In this document: one piece after another, positions 1 through 10,600 of the stretch
Layout: every line of letters begins with the position of its first letter
Numbering within the stretch: position 1 is the first letter of the stretch
Source: a virus
Virus record (IMG/VR): IMGVR_UViG_3300025167_000008
Coordinates: 15,561-79,560 of that record
Direction: 5' to 3' (one strand)
DNA length: 64,000 nt
Position numbers and translations under genes: made by a program
The notes under the pieces: model-generated
What the model was told of the DNA's origin: nothing
The model's database searches: none
The model's input: the letters and a program-made list of their open reading frames with translations, nothing else

Positions 1-185
1 AAGCAATACGGAAACCATTAAAAAGAGCAAAAACAGGAAGGAAGAGATTAATGAATCTCATGCAGAAATACTACAAAACTTCGAACTAATAACAACTGAT
101 TATACTGGCAAAGTGCCTATCCCAGTGGCTGTTTAGCCACTTCTTTTTTATTTATAAATAAATACTAGTAAGTTGTATCTATAAT

Positions 186-812
186 GTGGCACGTTTAATA
201 GAGTGGGAAAGTGTAAAGGAAAAATTAAGATTAAATGACGATACCCTAAAGGATGAAATGACCTTATATATTCAAGAAGTAGATGATCTTGTAAATAATA
301 GGGTTAGAAACAAATTAGGAACTCATGATTCTAATGGTAATGAAATTGTACTTCCTCTTACTGTAGATGGTCAGCCACCTATTGATGAGGAATTAAAAGC
401 AATAGCAACAGATTTAGTTATAGGTAAATTTAGACTGCAGACTTCGGAAAAGTCGTTAATTTGGGATACAGCAACAAAAAATCTTGACAATTATCTTGAT
501 AGACGATTTGGGTATACAAGAAATATACCATTTAGACACATACCACTTGTTACACTTGATCCAGCTTTTGGGCCTCCAAGCCAAGTTGTATCAATGGATG
601 CAGGAAGTGGATGGGTACCAAATTCATTATTAAGAGTAACTGTTGACGGAGTACAAGTAATAACCACTCCAGCACAGGCGTTAACAGATGGAAATGGAAG
701 ATTTGATGGTATAGAATTTACAATACCAGCTTCATCTATAGTTGATGAGATATCTGTTATAATTATTACAGATAGAAAAAATTACAAAGAAATTAACTTT
801 ACGGTGACTTAA
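186..812 (+). CDS. Head-tail adaptor-like protein with C-terminal Ig-like (IPT/TIG-type) domain
   Basis: N-terminal helical pattern (VKEKLRL...YIQEVDDLVNN) typical of gp6/gp15-type connectors; first gene of the neck/tail block; C-terminus VTLDPAFGP...GSGW.PNS...TDGNGRF...FTIP looks like an Ig-like fold. Confidence 0.55.
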   Translation: MARLIEWESVKEKLRLNDDTLKDEMTLYIQEVDDLVNNRVRNKLGTHDSNGNEIVLPLTVDGQPPIDEELKAIATDLVIGKFRLQTSEKSLIWDTATKNLDNYLDRRFGYTRNIPFRHIPLVTLDPAFGPPSQVVSMDAGSGWVPNSLLRVTVDGVQVITTPAQALTDGNGRFDGIEFTIPASSIVDEISVIIITDRKNYKEINFTVT

Positions 813-814
813 GC

Positions 815-1636
815 ATGAGTTCTTCGGGTAACTTTCAAGCGGATACTCTTACTCAGGATCAGGTAGTGGATATACTAAAAACTGGAACATATCCATATAA
901 ACTATTAAGATTTTTTACACAAAAACAAAAGTTTCCAGATTATCCGAGTGTAGAAGTAAGAAGGGTTGGTTCACCTTCAACTACATCAAAAGTTGATTCG
1001 ACTACAGTAGACACAACATTTGAAGTAACTTTATTAATTAAATATACAAGGGAAGAAGAATTTGAAGAAGCTGATAGATTGGTAACAGAAGACGAAATGT
1101 TAACATTGTTAGAAAATGCTAACATACCGCCACCGGGAAAGATATTTTTTGAACAAAAAACTTGGAACACTACACCAATAGATGAAGCAATTTATGGTAG
1201 CAGAAGCATATTAAGATTTACTTTTAGACAAGTTTTATCAACAACAGGAGCAGGAATTGTTGGTGCATATAATTCATTTGAATTAGATAGTTCTGGATTA
1301 GGTTCTCCACTTTCAGGCCCCCTTTCTATTCAAATTCTTAGACTTACCGATGTATCAGGTGTAACAGTTGATAGTCATAGTATAGATACAGGGCAAGTAC
1401 AATATGATCCAAGAGAATTGGTGGAAGGTGAATTACAAATAACATATGAATCAACTCCATCTATAGATGCACTTGTAGATCAACTTCATACTGCTAGGGA
1501 AGAATTTAGGGGAAAACTAGTGAGAAATGGGATACCAAAAAATGTGCTATTTTTGGCAGGAACAAGTACAAGAAGTAGTGCTTATGAGGAAGTTGAAAAA
1601 GTTACGACTACTTTTTATGTGGTGGGAACATGGTAG
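815..1636 (+). CDS. Putative tail completion/terminator-like structural protein
   Basis: Position in neck/tail block; beta-rich pattern PSVEV...TFEVTLLIKY...ILRFTF; extra C-terminal beta domain. Confidence 0.4.
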   Translation: MSSSGNFQADTLTQDQVVDILKTGTYPYKLLRFFTQKQKFPDYPSVEVRRVGSPSTTSKVDSTTVDTTFEVTLLIKYTREEEFEEADRLVTEDEMLTLLENANIPPPGKIFFEQKTWNTTPIDEAIYGSRSILRFTFRQVLSTTGAGIVGAYNSFELDSSGLGSPLSGPLSIQILRLTDVSGVTVDSHSIDTGQVQYDPRELVEGELQITYESTPSIDALVDQLHTAREEFRGKLVRNGIPKNVLFLAGTSTRSSAYEEVEKVTTTFYVVGTW

Positions 1637-1676
1637 GAAAACATATGTTTTTAAACGAGAAAGAGGAATATAAATC

Positions 1677-2222
1677 ATGGCTATAATCCCATTTAACTTA
1701 CAGAATTTAAGGACTCGTGCATTTAAGGGGTTTATTCAATTTCAAGATCCATCAACTAGTGATTACCTTAGATTGAAGGAAAGACAACAGGCTCAAGTTA
1801 CATTTAGATGGGATAGAGAAGGACATTATGATGATGCTGGTATAAAAGTGTTAGATCCATTTGGACATACACATACTTTTGAAATGACTTTAAAACTTAC
1901 TTCTGATTTGATAGATGATGAATATAACAAACCACCATCTAATCCAGATGCAACTGCAGATAAAAAGACAGTATCTTATTGGATGCTTAAAAATGAGTTA
2001 TATGAGCCAATTCAAATAATATTTGTTACAACCTTAGAAGCACGAGAAGGCCCCACTGGTGATTCATCAGAAAAATTCTTACATTTTAAATTTGTTTTAG
2101 ATCCACAAAAGTTTGGCCCCATTGCTTTGGGAGCAACTGGAGGTACAGTAAGCATCCCTGTTTCTGGAGAAGTAATAAGTATATCTGAAGTAAGAAGAAC
2201 AGCAACACAAGATGCACCTTGA
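1677..2222 (+). CDS. Putative tail tube protein
   Basis: 181 aa, alternating beta-strand pattern, synteny in tail block; no diagnostic motif. Confidence 0.4.
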   Translation: MAIIPFNLQNLRTRAFKGFIQFQDPSTSDYLRLKERQQAQVTFRWDREGHYDDAGIKVLDPFGHTHTFEMTLKLTSDLIDDEYNKPPSNPDATADKKTVSYWMLKNELYEPIQIIFVTTLEAREGPTGDSSEKFLHFKFVLDPQKFGPIALGATGGTVSIPVSGEVISISEVRRTATQDAP

Positions 2223-2707
2223 TCCCTTCAGTAGAAGACACACAGAAATATAAAAACAAAGTAGTACACCTACGAGACAATCTTGATTTTGTATTGTTAA
2301 GAAGTGCAGAAAGATGGGTAAATGAGTTAATCATAGATGAAATTCAAAACAGAATGAGAAACGCTAATTTTTCTCAAAAGATATGGATGAATACCAAAAT
2401 TATAACATCTAAAATTGAAGGAGATAAAGTAATAGTGACTTTACAGAATTATTATTTTTCAGAATCAGGTTTTGATGTGGCAATAGCACGGGAATATGGA
2501 ACAAAGGATCACTGGATTAGACCTAGATTCAAACAGTTATTAAGTTGGATTCAAGATGGAAGAAGATTATTCTCAAGGGGACATATAGTAAGTGGAATAA
2601 AATCACTTTACATTATAAGAAATGTTGTTAATGAAAAGACATCAGAAGTTCAGGATAAAGTAAATGAAGATGTAGAAACATGGAAGATGCATACTTTTGC
2701 ATCATAA
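2219..2707 (+). CDS. HK97 gp10-like neck/tail-completion protein
   Basis: Motif A..EYGTKDHWIRP...L.W..DGRR.F.RG typical of this family; TTG start overlapping upstream stop. Confidence 0.55.
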   Translation: MIPSVEDTQKYKNKVVHLRDNLDFVLLRSAERWVNELIIDEIQNRMRNANFSQKIWMNTKIITSKIEGDKVIVTLQNYYFSESGFDVAIAREYGTKDHWIRPRFKQLLSWIQDGRRLFSRGHIVSGIKSLYIIRNVVNEKTSEVQDKVNEDVETWKMHTFAS

Positions 2708-2742
2708 AATATGTTAATATATAACACAATGACATTATATAT

Positions 2743-3036
2743 ATGCGTAACATTAATGATGAGTATGAAGTAAAAAATGTTATATATGAATCTCAGAAAA
2801 GATATCATAAAACACAAGAAGGAAAGGAAGCACTTTATAGAGCTAACAGACGATACAGAATAAAACAAAAAATACAACAGTTATACGATATAAGTAAAAC
2901 AAAATCACCAATTTGTCGGGATTGTGGTGAAACATATTTAGGATTTTTAACGGTATATGATAATGAAATAACATGTTATAATTGTAAGTTTAGAATAGAT
3001 GAAAAAGAGATTGAAGAAATATGCAAGGTGAACTAA
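2743..3036 (+). CDS. Small basic zinc-finger protein
   Basis: CRDC...CYNC pairs, Lys/Arg-rich N-terminal half. Confidence 0.45.
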   Translation: MRNINDEYEVKNVIYESQKRYHKTQEGKEALYRANRRYRIKQKIQQLYDISKTKSPICRDCGETYLGFLTVYDNEITCYNCKFRIDEKEIEEICKVN

Positions 3037-3037
3037 G

Positions 3038-3937
3038 ATGCCAGTAGAAAAGGATATTGATTTAAACAAACCACTTTCAGACGCTGATATTAGGCAAATG
3101 GAAGCAGAAGCTGATAGACTGGAAGAGTTATCTAAGAAAGCTCATGAAAATTCAGAAAAAACTTCTGATTTACAAAATAAAGAGGATCAATTATTAAATG
3201 ATGCTATAAAGAAAGTAGAACAAATAGAGAAAGAGGCAGAAAAAGCAGAGAAAGCAAGAACAAGAATAAGAAGAACAATTACAGAAGTAAACCAATTAGC
3301 AGAACATAGAACTGCATTGAGCAACATAGGTGGTGCAGAAGATTTTGAAACAGATGAACCATTTGAAGGAATGGGAGGAAGACAAGCATTTAGCGGTAGA
3401 TTAAAAACAGGAAGAACAGCATTTGGAACAGGTCAAGAAAATGCACCAATGGGACATATTTTAAGGCTTCAAGCAGAATTAGAAGAATCTCAGAAAAAAC
3501 AGAAAGAAGTTGAAAAACAAATAAGAGATCAATTAGCAGAACAAAAAGCTATGTTACATAAGGTACAAAATGATTTTTCACAAGTTTTACAAGTTAACGC
3601 AGATCCTGTTGGATTCGGAGTAGGAAAATTAAAAGGACTTGTAGCTAAAGGTGGAATATATGGATTAATAGCTCTTGCTGTTATTGAAATGGCAGATCAA
3701 ATTTTTGAACAAGTTAAAGCAATGTACGCACCCGGTGGCCCCTATGATGTGAGGAAACAAATGGAAGATAGGGATAGAGAAATGGTAGAAATGGAACATT
3801 TATTAGATAGAAAATCTGGAAGAGTATTTTTTACTTCAGACGTTGAATTACAATCAGGGCCTCCTGATTTTTCTAATACTGTAAGATTGGGGCATAGAGT
3901 TATTCAATTTCAAAATAAAAATGTTGGTGGTGCATAG
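3038..3937 (+). CDS. Coiled-coil protein, putative short tape-measure protein
   Basis: Long E/K/Q heptad regions, Gly/Ala hydrophobic patch (GGIYGLIALAVI), located just before Dit-like and hub genes. Confidence 0.4.
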   Translation: MPVEKDIDLNKPLSDADIRQMEAEADRLEELSKKAHENSEKTSDLQNKEDQLLNDAIKKVEQIEKEAEKAEKARTRIRRTITEVNQLAEHRTALSNIGGAEDFETDEPFEGMGGRQAFSGRLKTGRTAFGTGQENAPMGHILRLQAELEESQKKQKEVEKQIRDQLAEQKAMLHKVQNDFSQVLQVNADPVGFGVGKLKGLVAKGGIYGLIALAVIEMADQIFEQVKAMYAPGGPYDVRKQMEDRDREMVEMEHLLDRKSGRVFFTSDVELQSGPPDFSNTVRLGHRVIQFQNKNVGGA

Positions 3938-3939
3938 AA

Positions 3940-4437
3940 ATGGCTGATGCATTACTTTATTTTAGAACAAATGGAACAAAAACAACTAATCCATTATTTA
4001 CAGATCCAAATGATTTGCCTATTGGACAGAAATTACAATTTACTTTGCCTGAAGAATTATTGGAATCTATTTCACTTGTACATGAAAATAATATAAAAGA
4101 TTCACCAGTATCAAATCCTGCTGGAAAAAGAGTGATTAATAAACAGGATAACGGATTAAATGGACTTACACTAACATTCAAAGGTCGTTTTAGGGATGCT
4201 AGTATAGATTTAGCAAAAATACAGAATTTTGCAATACAATTACAAGTTGAAGGACAATTTCATCAATATGGTGTATTTGGGTTTAAGGCATCTAATACAA
4301 TTTCAACTCCATTTAATTTTGATCCTACAGATAAATTTGGACTTACAATAAAAAAATTGTCAATTTCAAGAACAGGAGGCAAACCTAAAAACTTTGATTT
4401 TGAATTAATCTTAACTTCTGGAGGAGAATTACAATGA
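3940..4437 (+). CDS. Putative distal tail (Dit-like) protein
   Basis: 165 aa beta-rich protein between tape-measure candidate and hub; synteny only. Confidence 0.35.
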   Translation: MADALLYFRTNGTKTTNPLFTDPNDLPIGQKLQFTLPEELLESISLVHENNIKDSPVSNPAGKRVINKQDNGLNGLTLTFKGRFRDASIDLAKIQNFAIQLQVEGQFHQYGVFGFKASNTISTPFNFDPTDKFGLTIKKLSISRTGGKPKNFDFELILTSGGELQ

Positions 4438-7400
4438 GTTTTATAAACCCCAATGCATTTTATCAAGAAGAACTACTTTTATTAAATAAGAATTTTGAAG
4501 CACCAACTCCTATTACAGATGGACAGATAGTAAATGGTAATTTACAACCATTTAGAGCTAGATTAGAATTAGTTCATACAGGCAATGAATTACAAAACAA
4601 TGGAGTTCTTACTTTAAGAATTCCACCTGATGGTACATTTGTAAGAAAAGAACCAATATTGATAGATGAAAGTGCAAAAGATGATTACATTATACAAGCT
4701 AGACTAAAACAAGATAGAAACAAAGATGGTGTATTTGAAGAAGAAGGAAAATTATTTAGATTTTTTATAGGACAACCAACCCTGCAGGACGATGCACTTA
4801 CAGGAGAAACATTGAAAATAACACTGATTGCTGTTGAATATCATACAAGAGAAACTTTAGATTCAGAAAGAATAACTCTTCCATTTCAAACACCACAAGA
4901 AGCATTCATAAGAAGAGCAACTGCCTATAATTCAATAAAAGGTGAAACAAATACTCAATTAATATTCTTCACAAGTGGAATAAATCAAACTATAAAATTA
5001 CCCGATGCTGAATCATTGAGACAAGAATGGAGACCATTAGCACCAACAGCAACTCATGATCTGTTTAGAGAAATAACATCAAGCCAATCTTTGCCGGGTA
5101 TTGAAGGCGGTGTTTTCAGAGATTTCTTTTTTGATTATGAACCATTTGCTCTTTCAACAAAAGCAGTAACGATAAAAGCAGAGGAAGAAGGAACCATTGA
5201 CAGAGGAGTAACATTAGATCCACTTCTTTTTCAATTTGTTTCAGGTACAGAAAAAGACAAAACAATTAACATAGACTTGATTAAATTCAAAAACCATGTT
5301 ATAGTAGAAGGTAATCCATTAGGAGGAACACTACCTATGGAAAATGCTCGATTTTCTTCTACATGGGAACATGCAAAAATAAGACCTGAATGGGAGGCAA
5401 CAACACAATATTTTGACGGAACATTAGGAACAAATCAAAGTGAAGTTAGAATTCTTGATTCGGAATTAAATGAAATAAGGTTTTTTAAAGCAATAAGAAC
5501 AACAGGAAACATGTTTATAAATCCAACAATTAATTCTAACAGAGCACTTTTTTGGGAGGAAGACTTTGTAACTATTCCAGATTATAATATATATGCAAGT
5601 TATAATAAAGATGATATAATTGTTGATGATGATTCAGGTACAGTTAGATTTTATAGAGCACTTAATGATGTTCCTAATAATCCTACTGATTTAGCAATAT
5701 ATAAACCTGTGCCTTTAGCATCGACTTTTTATTGGCAAGATACAGGAAGATCATTTCCAGCAGGACTTCCTCATCCATTGGTTGATCCTAATGCACCTAC
5801 AGGATTAGCAAGAGCAGGAAGAACACAGTTTTTTAGCTATACTCCATGGACTGAAGATTTTCAAGCAATGAGAGCAGGAACATTGTTTGGTATTGGTGAT
5901 AACGCACAAGAAGATAATTTTGAACAAGCGACATATCAGGGAGTAGTTCCAGATTGGAATTTTGTAAGATCAAATTTTGATAGAATAGAGGCTGATAATC
6001 AATATGAACAAGTGGCAGGAAAAGATGTAATAAAAACTTTGAATGATAAACCGCCAGATAAAGAATGTTATACTGGTGCAAGATATTTAGTTTCAACTAG
6101 TCCAACTGGATTATTTGTTGGACATGCTAATCAAATAGCTGAATATGCTGGTGAGGATTTTAATCCAAATAATTCACCAAGTGATGATTGGCAATTTAGT
6201 ATTTTTCCAAAAGATGGTGAAAGCATTTGTCATCAAGCAAGAGGAGTTATGTTGGCATGGAGTGTTAAAACAAATTCATGGACAGATTTATGGAATATTG
6301 TAGATATATTACCAAGTGCTGTTAGTAAATCACTTAAACAAACAATAGAATCGGGGTTAGAAACTTTAGCTCATACATTCTTTGATGCTTTAGTTGGCCC
6401 TGTTGTTACTACACTTATTGGATTTTTACATGACACAGGCACATTTGGTAGTACAACAAATATGTCTCCATTACATATTTGTAAGGATATTAAATTGGTA
6501 GAAGGTGCGTCAGGAATTCCGGGTCAGGCATTTGAATTAAGATTTGATTGGAATCCATTTGAAAGCGATGTTCATTTTACTGGTGAAACAGGAGGAGATA
6601 AGAAAAATTATAATAGTTTAGGTGCTTGGTGGTATATGGCATTTCCTTATCCAAAGATACCTACATTTGGAAGAGATGTTGGTGATACATATAAAAACCC
6701 TGTTATAGATTCTAATAATTTAACACTTAATCATAAAGGAAAACTGGGTTGGAACCAAGGTCTTGATAGTGAGGATTTGGGCAGAATACAAAAAGTTCAT
6801 TTCAAAGCAAGGTTGTCATTATATGGTTCATTTACTGGTGGATTAGTTATTGGTTTTGCAGATATGCCTATGATTATTTGGGCTGTAGATATATTTGATA
6901 GAATTTGGTTTAGTAAATTTCAACTAAGAAGAAATGGTGAATATTCATATCAATCATTATCGTTTGGTGAAAATTCAATGCAACTGTTACATCACGGAAG
7001 ATATGATGAATATCTTAAATGGTATAATATTGTTTTGGAAACAGATTGGTTGTTAAAACAAAAAGAATTTAGTGGATTAGAATTTGATTGGAGATTTGTA
7101 AAAGGAATGGGAATATTTTATGAAGCTGGTTATAATAATGAAGGATTATATGTTGGAAGTCAATTTCCTGATTATGCAAATAATATAGCACAACAAATGA
7201 TGGGAGGCACATTTGCTTTTCTAGCTTCTATTGGTTTGCCGGGTGAATCATATCAACCAAATGATTTACTTGTTAATAATGCTAGATTGGCAATAGATGA
7301 ACTTCATTTTGAAAAACAATTATACACAACATCAGATGATAAACCACTTAATACATTAGGAGCTAATTCAAGAGCGATATTAGATCACAATGCATCTGAG

Positions 7401-7646
7401 GTTGATTATTTAAATTTAAAAATAAGAGCACAAGCATCAAGAGAAAGAAAAAAATTCGTTGAACAAGCTTGGTTTATGCAAGGTCACGGCGATGTAAGAT
7501 TAAGATTTGGAGAAAAATTTAGAGCAGAAGGAAGCAGAGTTCCGGGAGGTACACAGGAGTTAATATGTAGTGAAGTAAGACATATTATAGATAATGACGG
7601 ATATATGATGCAAATTACAGGCAAACGAAAGTTTGTTTTAAGTTAA
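4434..7646 (+). CDS. Tail tip/baseplate hub protein with inserted accessory domains
   Basis: 1070 aa; C-terminal hub-like strand pattern (GHGDVRLRFGEKFR...SEVRHII...MQITG); internal DUF2793-like segment (GARYLV...TGLFVGHANQIAEY). Confidence 0.6.
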   Translation: MSFINPNAFYQEELLLLNKNFEAPTPITDGQIVNGNLQPFRARLELVHTGNELQNNGVLTLRIPPDGTFVRKEPILIDESAKDDYIIQARLKQDRNKDGVFEEEGKLFRFFIGQPTLQDDALTGETLKITLIAVEYHTRETLDSERITLPFQTPQEAFIRRATAYNSIKGETNTQLIFFTSGINQTIKLPDAESLRQEWRPLAPTATHDLFREITSSQSLPGIEGGVFRDFFFDYEPFALSTKAVTIKAEEEGTIDRGVTLDPLLFQFVSGTEKDKTINIDLIKFKNHVIVEGNPLGGTLPMENARFSSTWEHAKIRPEWEATTQYFDGTLGTNQSEVRILDSELNEIRFFKAIRTTGNMFINPTINSNRALFWEEDFVTIPDYNIYASYNKDDIIVDDDSGTVRFYRALNDVPNNPTDLAIYKPVPLASTFYWQDTGRSFPAGLPHPLVDPNAPTGLARAGRTQFFSYTPWTEDFQAMRAGTLFGIGDNAQEDNFEQATYQGVVPDWNFVRSNFDRIEADNQYEQVAGKDVIKTLNDKPPDKECYTGARYLVSTSPTGLFVGHANQIAEYAGEDFNPNNSPSDDWQFSIFPKDGESICHQARGVMLAWSVKTNSWTDLWNIVDILPSAVSKSLKQTIESGLETLAHTFFDALVGPVVTTLIGFLHDTGTFGSTTNMSPLHICKDIKLVEGASGIPGQAFELRFDWNPFESDVHFTGETGGDKKNYNSLGAWWYMAFPYPKIPTFGRDVGDTYKNPVIDSNNLTLNHKGKLGWNQGLDSEDLGRIQKVHFKARLSLYGSFTGGLVIGFADMPMIIWAVDIFDRIWFSKFQLRRNGEYSYQSLSFGENSMQLLHHGRYDEYLKWYNIVLETDWLLKQKEFSGLEFDWRFVKGMGIFYEAGYNNEGLYVGSQFPDYANNIAQQMMGGTFAFLASIGLPGESYQPNDLLVNNARLAIDELHFEKQLYTTSDDKPLNTLGANSRAILDHNASEVDYLNLKIRAQASRERKKFVEQAWFMQGHGDVRLRFGEKFRAEGSRVPGGTQELICSEVRHIIDNDGYMMQITGKRKFVLS

Positions 7647-7656
7647 GGTGATATAA

Positions 7657-10600
7657 ATGAGTTATGATCCAGATACACAGGAAGGAGCAATAAGAAAACT
7701 AAGAGAAGAAATTAATAAGATAAGGGAAGAGCAGTTTTCTAAAGCATTTTCAACAAATTCAGGAGGAGGAACAGGAGGAAAATTAGGTAACAGTATTGGT
7801 AGTTCAGTGCCAAACACAGGAATAACTTCATTTTATCCTAATGCAATCAGATTAACAAAAGATACTGGAGTTATTAAAAAATTACATTATAAATTATTAA
7901 CACTAACACAAGAATTTGCAATAGGAGAATCTGTAACTGGTGCTACTTCTGGAGCAACAGCAATAATAGGAGATATAGATATAACAAGTTCTACGGCTGG
8001 TATTTTGTTTTGGGTTCCAAGTTCAGTTGTTGGAACTTTTACAGCCAACGAAACTATAAATGGAAACATAAATGGACAAGCAAAGGCAGATTTGTCATTT
8101 CCAATAACACAAACTGGAAGGGGGCATCTAAATGCTGGTTCTGCTTCAATCATAGTGGAAGGCGTGACAATGCCATATGAAATTCATTTTATAGATAATG
8201 CAAAAAATAATGGACAATTAGTGTTATTAAGAGCACAAAACGGTCAGACTATAAGAGTTAGAAGGGCTATAACAAATGACGGAAACACAGGAAACATAGA
8301 TTTAGATACTTCTTTTAATATAATAGAAAACGCAATAGTAATTCTTCAATACCAAGGAGCAAGTAACGCTACTCCAGATGGTGGATGGGTGCCAGTTTTA
8401 TCTTCTGTTTCAAGTGGTGGATCTTCTACTGGAGGTATAGATTTTCCTATATTATATCCTAAAGAAGATTTGGGAGATAAAACTGGAGTTGTAAATTTAT
8501 CATTAAATCAAACAGACGGTCATTATAAACGAATAAGAATGATAGGAAACATATCATTAACATTTACTAGTCCACCACCCGCTTCAAATGGGTTTAAGTT
8601 TTATGTTCTTCTTGTTCAAGATGGAACTGGTGGTCGTTTATTAACATCTTTACCAAGTAGTGTTAAAAATAGTGCTGATATATTACTTCAAATAGATCCA
8701 GCTTTAGATACACAAACCTTAATACAATTTGTTACTGCAGATGGAGGATCAACATATCATGCACAAGTAATACAATCTGCAAATACTGGAGCTTCACAAT
8801 GGTCATTCTTTAAGGCATTAACAAATGTAAATATGGATACGTGGGATTTATATAATATAGATAAATTAAGGTTCTTTGGTTTTGGTGGATTTAGTTTTCC
8901 TGTAGACGCAACAATGCAGGCAATTTCAACATCCCCTGTTGGACTACAATTTAACGTACCACTTGATCAAAAATATAGGTTTTACAATGCAGGATTTGAA
9001 GTTATGAGTTTAGGGTTTGAGATAAATAATACTTTAAGATTAACTGACGGTGATATAAAAGATGTACGTAGAGTATCTTTTCATGAATTGCCGGGATTCA
9101 TGGCAGAAATAAAAGTGTTTCCTAATACATTAATTTATACTGCTAATGGTGTTGGGGCAGTTCACTCATTTGTAATAGACAATGATGAAGCAAGTCCAAA
9201 CTTCGAAATGAGATTAAACGTAAATAAATCAAACAGAGATTTAAATATGGTTACAAATGATATTATAAATCTGGATCAAGCTCAATTTGATCCAAACGGT
9301 GGATTTGTTTCATCTATTAATCATGGAGATAGAAGAATCAGTGGTGGTAATTCTGGAATAAATATAAATGTACCAAAATTAAAAACTGTTAAACTGTGGT
9401 TTGAAAATACTGGACAAACTAATAGTGATTTAAAATATGAATTTAAACAAGATGGACTTTATATGAATACTAATAATCTATTTGAGGTTCAAGGAATATT
9501 TTTTCCAAATGGAGGAAGTATATCTGATTTAGCTGTTCTTGGATTAGAATTTCGAGCTGGTGTAACGCCTCCTTTTGGAACTGGTAATCCACAAAGTATG
9601 ATTTTCAAAGTAAGAGGCCCTGCACCTTCATACACTGATATAAATATATTTGAATTAACTGGCTTAGAACACAATATAACAAACGGTGGCGGAATGAAAA
9701 TGTTTACCGATCTTAATTTACAATCTCAAAATATACATAATGTTGATATGATGCGTTTTGATTCAAATAACGGGATAAGTGGAGGAGGTGCATATAAAAT
9801 AGCTGGAGACTTTCCAGTTGGAAGAGGATTTCAATTTAATATCCCTCCTGTTGGATTTGGAACAAACAAATTTAGTTTCAGGTCAAACGATGTAGAATTC
9901 ATGTCACTTACACCATCAGAATTAAAAATGGTTGGATATCCAATATTTCCATCTGATTCAAGAATAGTTGCTCAACAATTTAATTTTAACGCTCCACATA
10001 GTCAAGGCACTCTTGGAATGTTTGATGGATTTATAAGATTAGTAGTTAATGGTGGAGTAAGCGATGTATGGGTGGCAACTGGTGGAGTACTTAAGAACTT
10101 AAGCACTTTAGGTTCAACTTCTTTCATAAACCCTCTATTTACTGCTGACGGGGATCTTAATATGGGTACATTTAACATCTTTAATTTAGATGTTTTAAGA
10201 TTTGTTGTAGATGGCGGGGTAATAGGATTTGGAACATATGGTATAGCAGTAGACGCAGGAAACAATAGTTTGAGATATAGTACACCAGCTAATAAAGCTC
10301 ATTTATTTCAAATTAATCTAGATGATGTAGTATCAATAGGTAGTTCAGGAATACAAGCTATACCAAATGCTACATTTGCAAATCCTAACATAATTGCTAG
10401 AGAATTTTTGTTAAGTACACATTCAATAGGAACGGGATCGATGATTAATGGTTCATTTAGAAAATTAGGAAACGATGTTTTTGTAAGAACTGGCAATACC
10501 ACTGTTAATTTAACTACATTAAGTGCAGGAGGAGCAGATGATTTAGGTAGTCATATTGCAACACAAGCATTAGATATGAATAGTCAAGAAATTATAAACT

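Noticed and set aside
2700-3040. Tail-assembly-chaperone programmed frameshift
   Set aside because: The ORF before the tape-measure candidate is a Zn-finger protein and no extended alternative frame after a slippery site was evident
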